Positions 1-13,470 of a DNA stretch of 64,000 nt are shown here, one piece after another (the stretch's first letter is position 1; the number at the start of each line of letters is the position of its first letter). Origin of the DNA: Dicyema japonicum (Eukaryota > Animalia > Dicyemida). Below the pieces are notes generated by a model. It saw nothing but the letters and a program-made list of their open reading frames with translations. It was not told the origin of the DNA and searched no databases. A program made the position numbers and the translations under genes. Location: positions 454,875 through 518,874 of the forward strand of contig RDEW01000009.1 in the NCBI GenBank assembly GCA_011109175.1, in the 5' to 3' direction.

Positions 1-734
1 ATCTTTGGCTTTTGTTATCATAAGTAAATTATATAATAATCTCATTTAAGGTTTGCTTGAAATCTTTTTGATATCGATGACTACCTACCGAAACGTCAAC
101 CAAACCTCGAACTCTAACAAATCCAGTCTGTTTGAAGCTCTCAAACAATAAGGATTGAGATTAATTAGTCGTTAATTAATTTAAATATGTTTTAATTAAT
201 AAGACAAACGGTATTAATTCAGAGAGGGGGAGCTTAGATGTACTACGAGAGCTTGCTCGCCACAGGAACAAATGGGAGAGAATTAAGTTGTTATTAGTAT
301 CTCAGATTGCATACCTTTTGCGGGTTCAAGGAAGGAACACAGAGATGAGTTGTGGGTTCTGGCGGTACGTGTCTTGTTCTGGTCTTTCCTTGTGATTTTT
401 GAAATAAATTCATAGGCTACACTCTCGCATGTTTCACAAAGTCGTTCGAGTCATGATAGAACAAATATTAAACTAGAAACAAAGAATAAGTTATCGGCGA
501 TAGTGATGAAATTGAAAACCTGAGTGACGATTGTAACATCAAAGACGCCAAGATGATCAAAATTGAAATTATTGACTGTCTTTAGCGTAATTTTTGCTTG
601 ATAAGCTTGATAGGCAGATATAAAAATCACAACCAAAGTTCAATTATGCAAAAATTCTGCGTGGTGATATGTGGCTAATTGATTGAAGATTTCTTTTTGT
701 TTCGTCTGTTCCTTTTCTCCCTTTTTCTACTAGA

Positions 735-890
735 GTGGCGTCATGTGATCCACCTGACTTAGATGCCAGGGTTGCAAGTAGAATGATCCTCTTCTCAACT
801 GAAGATATGCTCACAATGCAAGGAATGGACGTCTTCTACCTATTATGCTGGTTCTGGATGGACTTGTGTGACGTCCTGAGTTAATAATAA
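735..890 (+). mobile_element. Short non-autonomous retroposon (SIDE/SINE-like), decayed copy
   Basis: Head GTGGCGTCATGTGATCCACCTG is shared with the copies at 37190-37624. Internal AATGGACGTCTT...TTATGCTGGTTCTGGATGGACT is shared with the 37400-37624 unit. Ends in GAGTTAATAATAA. Confidence 0.7.
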
Positions 891-1560
891 TGAAAGCGAC
901 CGGTATTTGTTGAGTCCTACTTAATAGCCTCTGATCTCCTACAAGTTAGTGAGGCCAGGGTTACTTAACTAACTAACCGTTCATATTATCAAAAATACAC
1001 GTCGATATTTATTTACTACGTAATATTCATGCTATTCTGCCTAAAAATGACTACCATTATTCGAGTCACTCCACATTTAAGCGACAGGAAACATTTGTGA
1101 ATCAGATAAACCCTCTTCACTTAATCTGGCATGCTTGAGTTTAAGATGAGATGTTCATTGATTATGATGTTAGCAATTAAATCATCATTTTAGCAATTCT
1201 CTTTTCCCCTGTGGTGGTTTTACATTCATGGATCATTGGAGACCCTCAGTGCACCCTTCTGTGTTAAGGTTAACTTGGCAATCATAGAGGATGCTTGCCA
1301 GTTATATCTCCACAGATCAGGGTATCACCCAATTTAGGCGAGGAAGATAAGACGTCCATAAAATAGCTCATTGGGCATAACCCAGGGGCACGTAGATGTT
1401 CACGATGGATATTTTCCCTTTTGTGATTCTAATGGATATCAATAAGATCGCCATTATCTAAATATTACAAATTTGAAGTCTATCCAGAACAGAGTGAGCA
1501 GGTGAACACCAAGTCTTTTTGCTCGGTTTGTCAGTATATGGTTGCAGTCGGAGAATATAG

Positions 1561-3496
1561 TGTCACATGGGCCAAGCGTTACCTATGGGCAGCCTGTTAC
1601 ATTAACCTTGAACCAAGATTAACTTCAATTAATTTTATAAATGATTTATTAACCACAAAAAATTAAATTTAAGTAACTTTTTTTAGTCTACTCATTAATA
1701 CAGTCGATATTTCTCCTTTCGAATTTTTTATCTATCAAATTAAACTATTTAAAACTACCTCCACGCGATTATTCGATAAAATATTAATTATTTCTGCAAC
1801 TGGATAATACTGAGACTCAAACTTATCCAGTCGCAATGAGGGATTTGTTCCAAAGTCCTTTTTAGCCCGAACCTATTTATTAATGTTTTTAATTCATACT
1901 TTATCTCCCATGTTAAAAGTATATTTACTATTATGAACATTCATTTTCCTGTTCATAGCTTTGTAATAATTCGAATTTTCTTCAATCGATTTAATTTCGA
2001 AATTGAATCTCTTCGCATTCGGACACAAATTATCTGACTGGGAATTATCTAGATATAAATTTTTTAAATCAAACTACGTGAATTTCAATAGATTCTGGAG
2101 TCGAACAATTAACCAAATCGTCAATTTGTTCTGGAATCGCACACTTATCACTTTAAATTATCTAAGTCATAATGTTAAGTATAACCATGAATTATTGAAT
2201 TTATTCCCTTAATTCCTCGATATCTTTCGAAAGGACTTTCGTTAGAAAATGAATGGACCGATATGTTGTAACGTAGACAGCACTTTCTAATTTATTAAGC
2301 CACTTTTTTCACTGTTATCCAGCATTTTTGACAACTTCTTCGTGATCGTCTGATTAAATCTTTTGACAATTCCTTGTGCTCGTGGATTGTTAGTCCTTCC
2401 GTGAAATTGCTTAATGTTAAAATCTTCACAAAGTTTTGTTATTTCTTGATTTTTAAATTCAGAACCATTGTCCGACTGAAGAAATTTACATGGCCCATTC
2501 AGGCGGAACAAAGATCTTAAGTTTTCACATACTTCTTTACCAGACTTATTATAGAGTTGTCGTACAAAAGCGAATCTATAAATTAGAAAAAAACCAACCT
2601 ACTATATATGTCAATGACCGTTAAAATCCATTTGAAATTTTAATTTAATGTTAAAAATTTTTTCAGGTCTATTAGTTCTACCTGAAAACGTTCATTTGGA
2701 GAAGAAGCAAACACATGGTGATTTATATCTCCAATCTACAATTATAAAAAATCACGAACTTTTAAAGGACGCGAAAATTTGCAGACTTCACAATTTCGAA
2801 TGACTTTTCTGATAATCTCATTCTTTACAGTGAAGTATCTTTGTCGACATTCATACTCAATTTTATTGACTCCTCCGTGTGAAAACTCGTGCAACGATTT
2901 CGCAACATGCTCCATTTCGGTTTCATTATCCAGGGATATGACTAACTTGGGATCAGTTGATTTAAGATACAGTCTAAAATTATTGAAAATTTACAATACC
3001 TGTCATTGATAATAGAAAAATTCTCTATCTTCTTTACAAGCCTATATTTTTGGTGCCTCGGAAGATTTTCGGGAAATTTACCATGCAAAGCATCTTTTAA
3101 AGTTTGATATTCAACGCAATCTTTCACAAAACCCTTGTAAGAAGCCATTGCAACAAAATAATCTTCCATGCTATAAATCACGCTAGAAATCTAGGTTTAC
3201 CGCTATAAAAAAATAAAATCTTTATAATCATAACATTTATAAATAAAAAACTAATTTAACAGGATTAAATCAAGATATAAATCGGATATATAAAATTAAA
3301 TGTCGGATAATCCAATGAGGGACTCATCCTAATCTTTGTCGGTCTGGGATCACTTAGTTAGATGAGAACTTTTATTTCTTTCTTTTTGACCCAGTGATCC
3401 GACATTAATAATAATAATGTCGGATAATCAAAAGACCTTTTCAAGGTCGAAAAAATGTAACAGGCTGCCCATGCGTTACGCGCCGCCCATGTGACA
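1561..3496 (-). mobile_element. Ginger2/TDD-like integrase DNA transposon (degenerate) with TIRs and 5-bp TSD
   Basis: Termini TGTCACATGGGC...GCCCATGTGACA with ~45-bp imperfect inverted repeats. TATAG is duplicated at 1556-1560 and 3497-3501. Minus strand encodes the integrase Zn-binding region (HEFSHGG...CEVC) and rve core (LQSDNGSEF...HGRTNNPRAQG...RFNQT), with a 26-nt GT-AG intron near 2973-2998. Confidence 0.85.
3313..3415 (+). mobile_element. 5'-truncated LINE 3' end inserted inside the Ginger element
   Basis: GGATCACT/AGTGATCC stem followed by a (TAA)n tail. A 14-bp TSD, AATGTCGGATAATC, lies at 3299-3312 and 3416-3429. Confidence 0.75.
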
Positions 3497-4299
3497 TATA
3501 GGAGTAGGACTGTTAAGTGCAATGCAATCCATATGGCAATACCTTACATAAAGTGGTCAAAGCATTTGTCGCCAATGTTTTTCTGTTTTTCGTGTCTTCA
3601 TCTTCTCCAAGTAACGAGACTAGTTTCTTAGTTTTCTTCCAGGATTCCTCTGATCGGTTTATTTCTCCTATACATGTGTACTCAGTCCCCAACATTATTA
3701 ATCAAGAACAAGTCCGAGAATGCATGCAGGGAACCAGTCCAAGGATTAGTTGTTTAAAAGGAAGAGAAGGTAGGTCTGTTGGCTACGATTGTATGGCGTT
3801 TGCAGGTGACCCACATGAAACCCCAAATAGTCAGAAATTCTGTTTTCTTCCCTACTTGGTAAAAAATGGCGAATATTGATGGACGTGATGTTTGAAAGGA
3901 TCCGTCTCACTCCTACTATGGGCACAGGTATACCTAAATTAGATGTTGATTAACTCCAATAATGCTGTGATGGGTTCTATTCCACCGTTGCTGTTGATCG
4001 AAATAACTCCCGCAACTGCTACAAACGGGTCTTGTTTGGCTTTTCTCCAATCCTTTGACTTTTTCGTGATTTCAGAAGAGCCTATCACTGTCGGCCACGT
4101 GATTTAATTTTTTTAATGAAATTAATTTTGAACCATTCACATACCGAAAATTTTACGGCAAAGAATCTTCCTTCTCGTGGACTTGATTAACCAGAGCACT
4201 TTCAAGGAAACTGATGATCAACAAAAACATAACGACAAAAAGTGAACGCTCCTATAGATAAGTCGATCGGATATGGTCCGACGTGACCTGATTACTAAA

Positions 4300-4540
4300 A
4301 TTGTTCCACAGATCAAGGATAAAACCAAACTAATTCCTTAATCCTAATTCGTTCCTGCAGAACTCTCATCCAAGCACAGTGATCCAGATGATGTTGTCCG
4401 GGAAACTGAGTTCGATTCCAGAACTCGTCGCCAGGGAGTGAAATTATTTCCAGGATTCTTTTGAATCTCGGCCAAGCATTGGGTGTCTCCTAAGTAAAGT
4501 GGATCCAATTACGCTACCGTCAGGAAGGAAGAAAAATCTT
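4300..4540 (+). repeat. Dispersed repeat of unknown origin, homologous to ~42820-43080 (minus)
   Basis: Collinear shared blocks: ACAGTGATCCAGA, TTGTCCGG, CAGAACTCRTCGCC, ATTCTTTTGAAT, GTCTCCT..TAA.GT.GATCC, GAAGAAAAATCT. Confidence 0.6.
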
Positions 4541-4619
4541 CAATCAAGTAGGCACGTGCATGATTTATTTACTCGATTCAGTTTTTTTCACGAAAGTGTT
4601 GTTTATTAAGGAAAATAAT

Positions 4620-4872
4620 TTTAAAATAATTATGTTTAAAAAATTCAATAATTTTGCCATTTATTCCGTTCACATTCAGTTGTATAACGGAGATCCAGTC
4701 CTTTGACTTGTGTAGGTTGCGAATCCGAGAAGCTGTACCCAGACCAGTAATCCGTCGACGGGGGCGACATGTACCCCCGGTGGAAAAGAGTTACTAACTC
4801 TTTTTGGAAATGCTTTAGGAGCATTTTGAGCACCTCCAGGGTTGTTGCATCCAGTGAGCCACATGACGCCAC
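4620..4872 (-). mobile_element. Short non-autonomous retroposon (SIDE-like), divergent copy
   Basis: Head GTGGCGTCATGTGGCTCAC. Stems TGGCTC/GAGTTA and AAATGCT/AGCATTT are joined by CCAAAAA. A 3' hairpin TCCGTT/AACGGA precedes an AT-rich tail. Confidence 0.6.
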
Positions 4873-4900
4873 GCTAAATTTAAATTGATTCCAATTTAAT

Positions 4901-5720
4901 TTGGGATTGGAATGCAATGTTTCCCTCATCAACTGGACTGTAAAATATGAACTAAGAAGTGATCACAACCCTATTATGATGAAAATAAACACTGAAAATA
5001 AATTTATCAGACAGAATTCTACTTTTTTAAATTTTGAAAGCGCAGATTGGTCCAACTTCTCTAATTACATGGACACCAATATGGAAGTATTTTACACATT
5101 GGTATTCTCATCAATTGACCACATGATCAAAACTTTCACGGACATTATACTCAAAGCAAGAAAACTATTTATTCCAATGCCATCCAACAAGGAATACCTA
5201 TTAAAATATACATACAAAAACACTTATCAGAGAAAAAATAAATTAAAGAGGCAAAAGGAATTATCAAATGACGATTTCCAAAAAATGAAATCCTTGAATA
5301 TACAAATTAAACATGTTACCCAATCGATTATTGATTCTCTATTGCCAAATACATCCGAGACGCTGATATGGACGAAAATTAAATATTTGAGACGTTGCAA
5401 TGAATGATCTGAGAAAGCCCTCCACGGACAGGGATGTAGCAACATCGACCCAAATATTTTAATGAAACACTATGTCGCAATCAGCCATAAAAATTTCTCG
5501 AGGGAACACAGAGTCAATGAGAAGTTCGATGTATTTGTTATCAATTTGAACACCGAAATTCTACCTAAAGATCGCTGGACCTTAGTCTTAAACGGAATTA
5601 TAAACATTGGACGGTTATTGTCGCATGATATCTCAAGAGAGCCAGCCAGCATCAAATTGATAACAAATACATCGACCTTTTCAGTGAATCTCTTGCGTCA
5701 TTATTCACATTAGTTTTCCA
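4901..5720 (+). mobile_element. APE-type LINE remnant (end of endonuclease plus linker)
   Basis: ORF 4901-5407 contains YELRSDHNPI (APE C-terminal SDH motif) followed by NFESADWSNF. Confidence 0.7.
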
Positions 5721-6646
5721 CGGGCAGTATTTGTAATAATTCTGAAATTAAAAAGAGCAATTTATATAATATTTTATTGAATAAACATTTAAATATATAA
5801 TTTGGATAACCTAAAACAAATAAAATAAATTTAACAACTAACTTTAATGTTCGTTCCCTTAGGTACTATTTAATATTATTTGTAGGATATCTGCTCGCAT
5901 TTTTGCTAAATGTATTTATATAAAATTGTTTAAGTCGTCGAATTCTAAACTAATAAATGACAAAGGTGAATGTAATCAATGCCTTACTTGCTCAAACTTT
6001 ATATTTAAGTCCGTCTTCTTAAAATTTGATCCAAAATTAAACGGCAGCCAATTATCTAGTAAAATATGTTCAGTAATCGGCCAATGTGGAGCTTACTCGA
6101 GAAATGTTACAAGTTTGCATATTTTTAAATAAACTAATTATTTCAGAATGCGATGTTTGTTACGAGATTGCTCGTATATTTTATTCATCACCTGTGAAAG
6201 TATTATTTTATTATATTTAGAATTATATTAATGAGGGAGTTCAGATGCTCTGCACCATGTATTCGGATTATTGCATAATGATACAATTATTGATGGAGAC
6301 TATTTTTGAATCCGAATCAGATAATATTTGTCGTTTTCTTGAATTTTGTTAATTTCTCTGGCTTTCTTATTAACTAATTTGGTTCGTCTTGTTTTCATTT
6401 AATCATTTATTTGTTAGTACTAACAAATGTGACGTACTGTCTTGCAATATTTTTAAGAATCGAAATAAACAATTACGAAATAAACTTAAGAATAATGTCT
6501 TGAGGCCAGGAATTTATTTTCGATTATTATTTAGAAATTGTGCTTATTTTGTATATTCACAGATGGGCTCGATCCCTCTGGGGAGCTGAGACAACAGTTC
6601 TACTTGGTGATCCAATCTAATTTTATTATTTTGTAATTTTAAAGAA

Positions 6647-6823
6647 TGGTAACTAAGAACAACAGGCACAATTATCAATAAGAGAATTGATTTTAATTAT
6701 TTACACAAACTGTTAATAAAAGATTACTCTTGGAGTGGTAACTAAGAACAACAGGCACAATTATCAATAAGAGAATTGATTTTAATTAATAACACAAACT
6801 GTTGATAAAAGATTACTCTTGGG
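6647..6823 (+). repeat. Two-copy ~89-bp tandem duplication
   Basis: TGGTAACTAAGAACAACAGGCACAATTATCAATAAGAGAATTGATTTTAATTA...AAAAGATTACTCTTGG occurs at 6647 and 6736 with few mismatches. Confidence 0.9.
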
Positions 6824-6989
6824 ACATAAGTGGAAGATATTTCTGAGATTTACGGTTTCTCTCTACAATTGACTATTTAAACCGTAGTTATTCGTTTATT
6901 AATTTTATATTAAGAAATTTTATTTCGTGTTTATATTTTAGAGAGAATAATAAAGTTTGATAATCTTAGAGGGAATATCATACCTTTAT

Positions 6990-8220
6990 TACATCAAACT
7001 CATCATTTTAAGGGCCAATTTTACAATTATTTACTTTTTTATTATATCTCCGCATGTGCAACAAAAGAAACAATCTTAGATGTCAATCTCTTACATGCAC
7101 CTCTGTTATTAGCATCTCTGAGTCCAGGTCGTCGGCGTAATTCAGTTGTAGTTTTACTTTTTTCAGATTTTTTTGAAAGACCACTGGCAATGTTGTTATA
7201 GACCTTCAACGGAAACGGCCCTCTTGACAAATATAGTGATCTTCTATAGGCTTTTTAGGGGATGCCAATTCCATCCTCAGGATGTGCCCGAATAGTCTCC
7301 AGCGAGACTCCATTATTTCCAAGCTTATTGGCTTACATTCGAATTTCTTGTAGATTCAGATTGCATTAGATTCTATTATTTTTCTCAGATGGTTCCTGTG
7401 GAATGAGTCCAGTCTCCACTTGCTCTTTTGAGCTAGCGTAGGTCTCAGCGTTGTTATAGGGGAAATGTATAGCAGTATCCTTAGTTTGATACTGATTTTT
7501 TGTTATTTCCATAAATTCTGTTTTATTTCTGTTTACAATACGAAATCATTTCAGAAGTATATTCGGTTCTTTTTCTAATAGATTTTCCAAGAGCACTCTG
7601 AAATTAGGACATCGTATGTAAAAATTACTTCTTCTATTCCTGGTCTGAGTTCCCTTATAGCTGCTTCAAAAATATCTTAAACAGTATGGGGAGAGTCTCC
7701 TTGAGGAGTGCCTGTATTTTTGTTAAATTTTCTTGAGTAGGTCTTTCCGACTCTCACAAAGAGCATTGGATAGTAGAATTCTGATTAGACTAACTCATCA
7801 AGAAATTGTTCCAGTAACCCCATTAGTTTATGCCTATTGACCGTGTCGAAAGCTCTTGATAACAGTATTTACGGAATGTTGGTGGCGTTATTCTATTTTT
7901 GATGCGTTAACACTTCCATCTGTGGCTCCAAACTGCATTGGGTGTTGATCTCCCTTCTCGAAATCCACTTTGGCTTTCTTGTAAGTATCTGTCCTTTTAT
8001 TCGTGTCAGACAATATTTGCAAGGACGTTAAGAGTTAAGTAGTATGACGGGTCGTACGTTTTCAAGTGGTCCTTTAGCTTTATTCCTTTCTGTATTAGAA
8101 TTATAACCCCTATAGCAGGGGTTGCCAACCCGGGGTGCGAGGAAAATTTATAGTTAATTTTTTTGGAACCCTCTAAAAAGGTTGGGAACACCGGCCCTAT
8201 AGAGTGGAGCAGGTGGTAAA
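6990..8220 (-). mobile_element. RTE-like non-LTR RT remnant
   Basis: Broken frames include KAFD and TGTPQGDSP motifs. Related to remnants at 20850, 40740 and 49100. Confidence 0.6.
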
Positions 8221-8745
8221 CGTGTCATTTAATAGCAATCATACAGGCGATCAAACCAGTACTATAGTAACTCAGGGTTAATACTATGACTCATGTAGTT
8301 CTTTAATTTATTGCAAGTCACTTTGACTTCTTTGGGAGTAATAAACAGGTCTTGGCAATCCATCAAATGGAGAAATTGATGTAGGATTCACATTAAACAA
8401 CTTCTCGAAATAGTCTGCGATAAGATTGTCTTGTTCTATGAGTTCAATGTTAATTTCTCATCCTTATAGCTAATGATTCTCTTAGGTTTGTTTGTCGAAG
8501 CAACCATACTGTTGTGTACATTTGTGAATTATCTTTTAGTTTATTTACTTATTCGAGATAATGATTATTTTATTTTCGTTCTAACATGCTGTCCTTGCAC
8601 CACCTCACCAAAAATGTACGATCAATGAGTTTTAATAATTATTGATTTTTATTATATCGAATACTAATAATTAATTAATAATAATAATTTTACCAACAAA
8701 CATAAATTTTAATAAAATTTTGAAACAACAATTTAGTTACTACTG

Positions 8746-10032
8746 ATGAATAGAAAATATATAAGCCTAATAAATCAAGCCAAACCATATTTACTGGAAA
8801 ACATGACTCAAATAGAAGCTGTGATAGACTTTTTAGTACGAAAAAACATTTTATATACAAACAACTACGATGAACTTGCTGTACCAATTTAAACTAATAT
8901 AAAGTCAATTTTCAACAGAATCGACAAAATATACAGATTACTGGACATTTTAATGACCCACAGTGACGAGGGATACACAGGTTTATACGCAGCCCTTATT
9001 GCCACAAATCAAGACACTTTGGCTGACAAAATATGTCCTGAAATGGCTCAGAGGAGAGCCCAGATTCAACATGGTCCAATGTTCTCAAATAATGCCAATT
9101 TTGAATATTATCTCTGTGTGGTCATTTTTATTCAGTTTTAAGAGGGGGTTCATCAATCTCCCCTTGTTCATAAGATACAGTATAAATCTGAATGTCTCAG
9201 ATATTGGAGGAACATTGAGGTTTTCAGAATTACTTTAAAAAGGCTTATCCAATGTCAGAGATGCCACGTGGATGTGTTGTGGTGGTAAACAACGTCGAAG
9301 GGACTTATGCGTTATGTGATCAAACACTTGTAAGGAAAGTATTCGAACAGTTGGCCTTTAGGGTGATGGAATACTCCAAGTTGTCGACTCGTGTATTCTA
9401 TTTGGCTAATATTAGCAAATATGTGATGTTGTTGACTCCAATACCACTGAAGAGTCGAATGCTTTCATTCTGGTTATAATTACGAACTGTGATAATCAAG
9501 GAAATCCTACTGGAAGTGACGGAAACCCACTTTTATGGGTAAATATACTCCAGTCAGTCTGTTCCAACCAAAAACTCATTGGAAAGCCCAAACTTGTGTT
9601 TGTAGAGTCTTCATTAGGCTGTAAGGCTTCTGTGTGATCCTCAGCCCAGCTTTTGCCTGTTAAACTTGACTTACAACCGTTGGAGACTCGTCATGCGCTA
9701 AAATGTGTCCTAGAAGCCGAAAGAGACCGAATGAGTGACCTACTTATTGTTTTCTCAACTCAATTTGGTATTGGGGGATTTATAAAATGGTAGGATATTT
9801 GTCTTATCACACAAATGACATGGGGAGTTGGTTTATTCAGAGACTGTGTCATGTATTTGCCGAACACAGTTGTTCACTGGATGTGGAGAAGCTTGTTAAG
9901 GAGGCATGCCATCGTGTTGAACGGTTAGTGACAAAATCAGGATATCATCAGTCACCAACATATTATAATTGTCTCACTCGTAAACTTTATTTTTTTCCAG
10001 GGATCGTTTCTGTTTGCAATAAACCTGTCTAA
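8746..10032 (+). CDS. CARD-containing caspase-2-like protein, predicted catalytically dead (spliced, 23-27-nt introns)
   Basis: CARD-like N-terminus (MNRKYISLINQAKPYLLENM...LLDILMTHSDEGYTGLYAALIATNQDTLADKI). Large subunit has YPMSEMPRGCVVVVNN and LIGKPKLVFV; small subunit has DLLIVFSTQFGYLSY, GSWFIQRLC and LTRKLYFFPG. The frame is contiguous after removing GT-AG introns, e.g. 8881-8904 and 9220-9242. Confidence 0.88.
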
Positions 10033-10239
10033 TTATTTATAAATTATTGATTTTTAATTTTCTGATATCATGGTAGATTTGATATACACGCGACCCTCCA
10101 AATTGCCACTTCTGATCGTCTCATCGAATACATCTCCCCAAGCCTTTTTGTAAAGACCGTATCCTTTAAAATCATTTTCTTATTTTTTCCAAATTTGTAT
10201 TAAAAATTAAATTAACAATTGGCCAATTAATAAGGAGAA

Positions 10240-11398
10240 TAGAATTTTTTCATAAAAAATTTTCGAAATGTGGCCAGTTTAAAGATTGCAAGTTAGTGGA
10301 CAGAAAGTACAGGAAATACAATTTTTTTCGCAAGTTAGTGCTCAGTACCTTTGGAGACCAAAAAACCAAGAAGAAAAAGAGGACATCTTGACACCCTATG
10401 GATAAAAGACTTCAACAATTTGTGTTAAATTACCTACATTCTCAGCCTACCACTTCAACAATTTGTGTTGAATTTGATGAAATAATAAAAAAATTTTCAT
10501 TTTTTTTAATTTTCAAAAGTTCGTCTTATTCGTCACAGATGCTGCAAGATATATGACAAGTGGTAGTAATAAATCTAATTCTAGCTGGGACCTCAATGAA
10601 ATTTTTATATCCAAATCTTTCCCACGTCACTTTTGTTTCACATCTATTACACAAAGAATAAAATCCTACTTCAGAGATGTTGATAACCTGATTTCTTCTG
10701 TAAAGGCTGCCACGGTGAAGAACAAAAGACGTTGTTAAATGTTCTCACAAATAGGAAATCCACCCTAAGATGTTGTCACAAGATGTGGAAGCTGGCTAAA
10801 AGCAGATAAATAATACCCCCAAAGTTTTCCAGAAAATATTAAAATTGTCCCTGATTTTAAGGGAGATGGATTTTTTTATCAAAAATGTTTCGATTCTTAA
10901 TAATTTTAGGCCAAAGAATCAGTTAATACTCCCACTTTGTTTTCAAGTTTAACCGAAATCAGCTCAAACTATTTGGTTTTAATTAAAATGATCTCAAATA
11001 CGGAACTACTCGACTATTTAATTGAAAAAAATCTTATGCAGATCTGAACAGCATAGAATTTTCATCAGATTGGTGCAATATAAAAATTATATATCAAAAA
11101 AGCTTTAGAATTTTGGGATACTAAGTATTCTTGATTTCTCAAATAAAAATCTTTTTACAAAAATTTACTAATACCTTCGAAATTGTTGCGGAAGCTCAGC
11201 CTCAGTTGAAAGGGCGATATCTTTTTTGACGAAAATTTTTACTAAAAATCGAAATTTTAAACCTGGAAATGTTCAGGAATATTTAATTTCGTATTACATT
11301 AAATGATTTCGTTTATTTTTTCATAATGCAATTTTTTACAATTGAAATTTTTTTATTTGCAATTTTTATTTTAAATTTGGTATTTTCTGGTTGCCCTG
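10240..11398 (+). mobile_element. hAT-like transposase remnant
   Basis: C-terminal dimerisation-like SSASVERAISFLTKIFTKNRNF near 11190-11300. Putative right TIR ends GGTTGCCCTG at 11398. Left TIR not identified. Confidence 0.5.
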
Positions 11399-11409
11399 GT
11401 TATTACTAT

Positions 11410-11960
11410 AATCAAGGAGAGGATAAGGATATTTGAGAAGAGACTTGCAACATGTGAAACGAGGAAGGCATTCAGGTGTGATAATGCGTTTGAAGTAAAT
11501 CGACGGAAGTTCTCTCGGAACTTTACAAAAGAGGACAAAGGTATTGTGTGTGGATTTGGGACTAAAAAATATTTATCTTTTAAGAAGACGGTGTGGGAGA
11601 AGGATGGAGATCCAAAGACTCTCAATATCATTGGAGTAGAAGACTATTCAGTGGATATATCCACGAACTTATTAAAAATATCAATTATTCTCCAAAATTG
11701 AAAATCCTGTGGGTGTGATGGTGTATATTGTTTTTTTGTTAAGAAGTTTGAGTCCATAATTATTTATGTGAAGAAATCCTCAACATCGTTTGTGGTAAAT
11801 ATTCACTTGAGATGTGGTTATACATAGGAGTTACTTATTTATTGCCCAAAAAGTTTGCTTGTGTATAACCTAATGATTTACGTCCACATGTATGCCCATA
11901 TTGTATAAATTGGTTACAAAATGTGTCATCCCAGTTGGTGTTTTTTGTGAGAGTGCAATA
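11410..11960 (+). mobile_element. R4/Dong-like RLE retrotransposon RT remnant
   Basis: Broken frames give DNAFEVNRRKF, KSCGCDGVYCFFVKKF (NWKAPGPDG-like) and TYLLPK...LRP.TCMPILYKLVT. Confidence 0.55.
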
Positions 11961-12059
11961 GAGGCGTGAGAGTACACATAGTGCAATAGAGGCGTCGTCA
12001 TCACCTCAACCAAAAAACAAAAAACAAAGATATAGATAATCAATCCTTTGCAGAAATGA

Positions 12060-13470
12060 TTGCGCATGAGTTTCTACGTAATATGGCAATCCCGATTCGA
12101 ATTCTAAGACAGAACGATTCGCGGGGTTCTTTTTTTTGCTAGTTTCACTCCTATTTTTTCAGAAAGGCCGTAGTGAGGGATCCTACGGCTCCAGATGTTT
12201 CTATAGCCACTGGTATGAATCGGTATCGGTCTCCAATGGTCGAGTACTTCTGGATTTTGGCAAATTCTGCTGCGCTGGCGGCAGATCACGGTTTATGAGC
12301 AGACGGAGCATAGCGGAGAAGGTATCCACACAGGGTATATCCCAGACCAATGATTTTCCATGTGAATATGGGGAAAGCGTCATTCCGTCTGGCCTCTTGC
12401 CATCTCCACGATCCAGTCCGACAGGCTTCAGTTAAGCTGGGAAGCCTGCTTCTTCGAGGGTTTGCAGAATAACATTATTCAATGAGGTATGATGATGTGA
12501 GCGACCTGCATTGCTTTTGCAAGACAATGGATGTAATCCTTTGGTGTCAATTGTTCCTCCACAACAGCATCTCTTTTTCTGGCAGACGTCAAGTCCCAAT
12601 CGTTGTACAATTCCGATTCTCACACAGTAAGAGTTCCATAAGAGTTCGGAAAGAAATGGATGAAAATGCGTGGAGTCATGCACCACTCCCATGTTGTGCA
12701 GCAGATAGCAAACAGGCAAGCCGGTGTTGGTTCGACTTTTGCTTTTGGCCATCAACGATAGCATTGTAGGAAATTGCGTCCAATTTGTTCTGATTCGAGA
12801 CATCATCTGGGATTGTAAATCCTGCTCCCCTCCATTGCAAGCAAGGTCGTCAAATAGTGTGTCCAAGGAAAGTCCAGTAAGGTGACGTAGGATTTCCCGA
12901 ACGAGGTGACTGCAGCTCGAAAGCGACGATAGGTATGCCGGATGGGCGATCTCCAAAGCCGATCGTAGACCAACTCCACAAGACTTGAAGGAAGTTTGCA
13001 TTGTGTCCAACCCAGTTCGTTAAGACGTAAATTCAGTAGTGACTCGACTGTTTGCCTTAGCGTCAGGCTCAGTAGCAAATCTCGACGTCCAAAGGACTGG
13101 GAACTCCGCAGAGCGTATTGTAATTTCGGCAAACATAAGTTTCTCATCATGAGGAAAAAAGATGTGTGGGAGTCCAGAATAGCAAGTCTTTTTGTAAAGA
13201 GGAAAAGCTCTTCCGCTTTGGACTGAAGGTGTTTCCGAAATTCCGCATTGTCGAGTGGGCATCCAAGAAAATAAACTTGCTCATGAAGGGCGGCGGATTT
13301 GCCCGCAAATAAACCGATAAATATTCCTGCCACGCGGATGAAATCGTTTTCCAGGTATGAAATATTTATGAGTTTCGATTTTTTTATGTTGACCTCAAGG
13401 CCGAGATCATGTATGATCAAGTTCGATGGACTGTTATAAACATTTATTTTTTTGTATGTTAACTTTTGGT
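12060..13470 (-). mobile_element. CRE-like RLE non-LTR remnant (RT C-terminus plus endonuclease)
   Basis: Contains [41 protein letters not shown] and a C-terminal RIGIAI motif. Confidence 0.8.

Noticed and set aside
5800-6600. Possible cysteine-containing spliced gene
   Set aside because: Only fragmentary frames, and no family was recognised.
6647-6823. CRISPR-like array
   Set aside because: Only two contiguous 89-bp copies with no unique spacers and no cas genes, in a eukaryotic context: a simple tandem duplication.
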